DNA of 64,000 nucleotides from Gammaproteobacteria bacterium (GTDB taxonomy: Bacteria; Pseudomonadota; Gammaproteobacteria; Steroidobacterales; XN24), in contig JAHEFR010000073.1 of NCBI GenBank assembly GCA_024640085.1, forward strand, positions 347-64,346, written 5' to 3'. A model generated the notes under the pieces. That model was not told the origin of the DNA and did not search any database. It saw only the letters and a program-made list of their open reading frames with translations. Positions 63,507-64,000 of the stretch are shown in pieces. Position numbers and translations under genes: made by a program. How positions within the stretch are numbered: the first letter of the stretch is position 1; each line of letters begins with the position of its first letter.

Positions 63507-63815
63507 GTGGGCTATTACAAGCGACATGTGTTTTTTTGCACCAACCTCCGCGAGGACGGCCGGCAGTGCTGTCAGGACGCCGGCGCCACCGAGGCCCGGG
63601 CGTATGCCAAGGAACGGATCAAGGCCCTTGGGCTGGCCGGCCAGGGCGGCGTCAGGGTCAACGTGTCCGGCTGCCTGGATCGATGCGAGGAGGGTCCGGT
63701 CGCCGTGGTTTATCCGGAAGGCGTCTGGTACACCTACGTGGACAAGGAAGATATCGACGAAATCGTAGATCAGCATCTGACTCACGGTCGTGAAGTCAAG
63801 CGATTGAAAATATAG
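63507..63815 (+). CDS. Thioredoxin-like [2Fe-2S] ferredoxin family protein
   Basis: HVFFCTNLREDGRQCC...VNVSGCLDRCEEGPVAVVYPEGVWY carries the four Cys ligands in the typical spacing. GTG 63507 was chosen; the track ORF start at 63426 overlaps the DUF481 gene. Confidence 0.75.
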   Translation: MGYYKRHVFFCTNLREDGRQCCQDAGATEARAYAKERIKALGLAGQGGVRVNVSGCLDRCEEGPVAVVYPEGVWYTYVDKEDIDEIVDQHLTHGREVKRLKI

Positions 63816-63948
63816 GAGTTTTACCGTATTCGGCGCGACCGCTCAGAATGCCCGGGGAAATGGGTGACAGACCCCCGGGACATTGCAATGCAGCGCCGGC
63901 TTCATTAAAATTCCCGCCCTTTCGCTCACCGCTCACAGGAATCGAGTG

Positions 63949-64000
63949 ATGAAGACTTTTTCTGCCAACCCGCAGACGGTTCGGCGCGACTGGTTCGTCG
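63949..64000 (+). CDS. rplM: 50S ribosomal protein L13, N-terminal fragment (3' end outside window)
   Basis: MKTFSANPQTVRRDWFV matches the L13 N-terminus (compare E. coli MKTFTAKPETVKRDWYV). Confidence 0.88.
   Translation, partial: MKTFSANPQTVRRDWFV

Overview
This is a GC-rich, GC3-biased bacterial chromosome segment with gammaproteobacterial gene order, and it is almost entirely core housekeeping. Nt 1-13555 hold the S10, spc and alpha ribosomal-protein operons, from the rpsJ 3' end to rplQ, including secY, rpoA and an rpmJ gene that is absent from the supplied ORF track. A variable slot follows (13.6-20.0 kb): cN-I-like 5'-nucleotidase, ggt, a GNAT, a membrane protein, an orphan LytS-type kinase and a secreted beta-propeller. 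The rest is uvrA/ssb, a fused ATP sulfurylase-APS kinase, miaB-ybeZ-ybeY-corC-lnt, leuS-lptE, holA-nadD-rsfS-rlmH, maf-rng-yhdP-CN hydrolase-tldD, purEK, yjgA, pmbA, purC, djlA, rpe, trpG, crp, coq7 and the start of rplM. I found no tRNA, rRNA, CRISPR array, transposase, integrase or phage gene; every intergenic gap is under about 180 nt. I cannot point to a clear-cut new multi-gene system. The best candidate is a ~4 kb block (33.7-37.7 kb) that interrupts the normally contiguous lptE-holA junction. It starts with two unrecognised ORFs that appear translationally coupled to lptE, a small HExxH protein and a CxxC-x10-CxxC zinc-ribbon protein. It continues with a LEA_2 lipoprotein, a HIT protein, a zur/MerC-like operon carrying a Zur-box-like AT-rich element, and a divergent M23 metallopeptidase, so the block has a zinc theme. 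Secondary points are listed below.
- An orphan ExeA-like AAA+ ATPase fused to an FHA domain.
- A near-consensus promoter plus a 13-bp hairpin inside the S10 cluster.
- An rlmH-maf junction where mrdAB and mreBCD would be expected.
- A LytS-type kinase with no LytTR partner.
All functional calls rest on reading the translations by eye and on remembered family signatures and synteny; no database search was run. CDS end coordinates include the stop codon.
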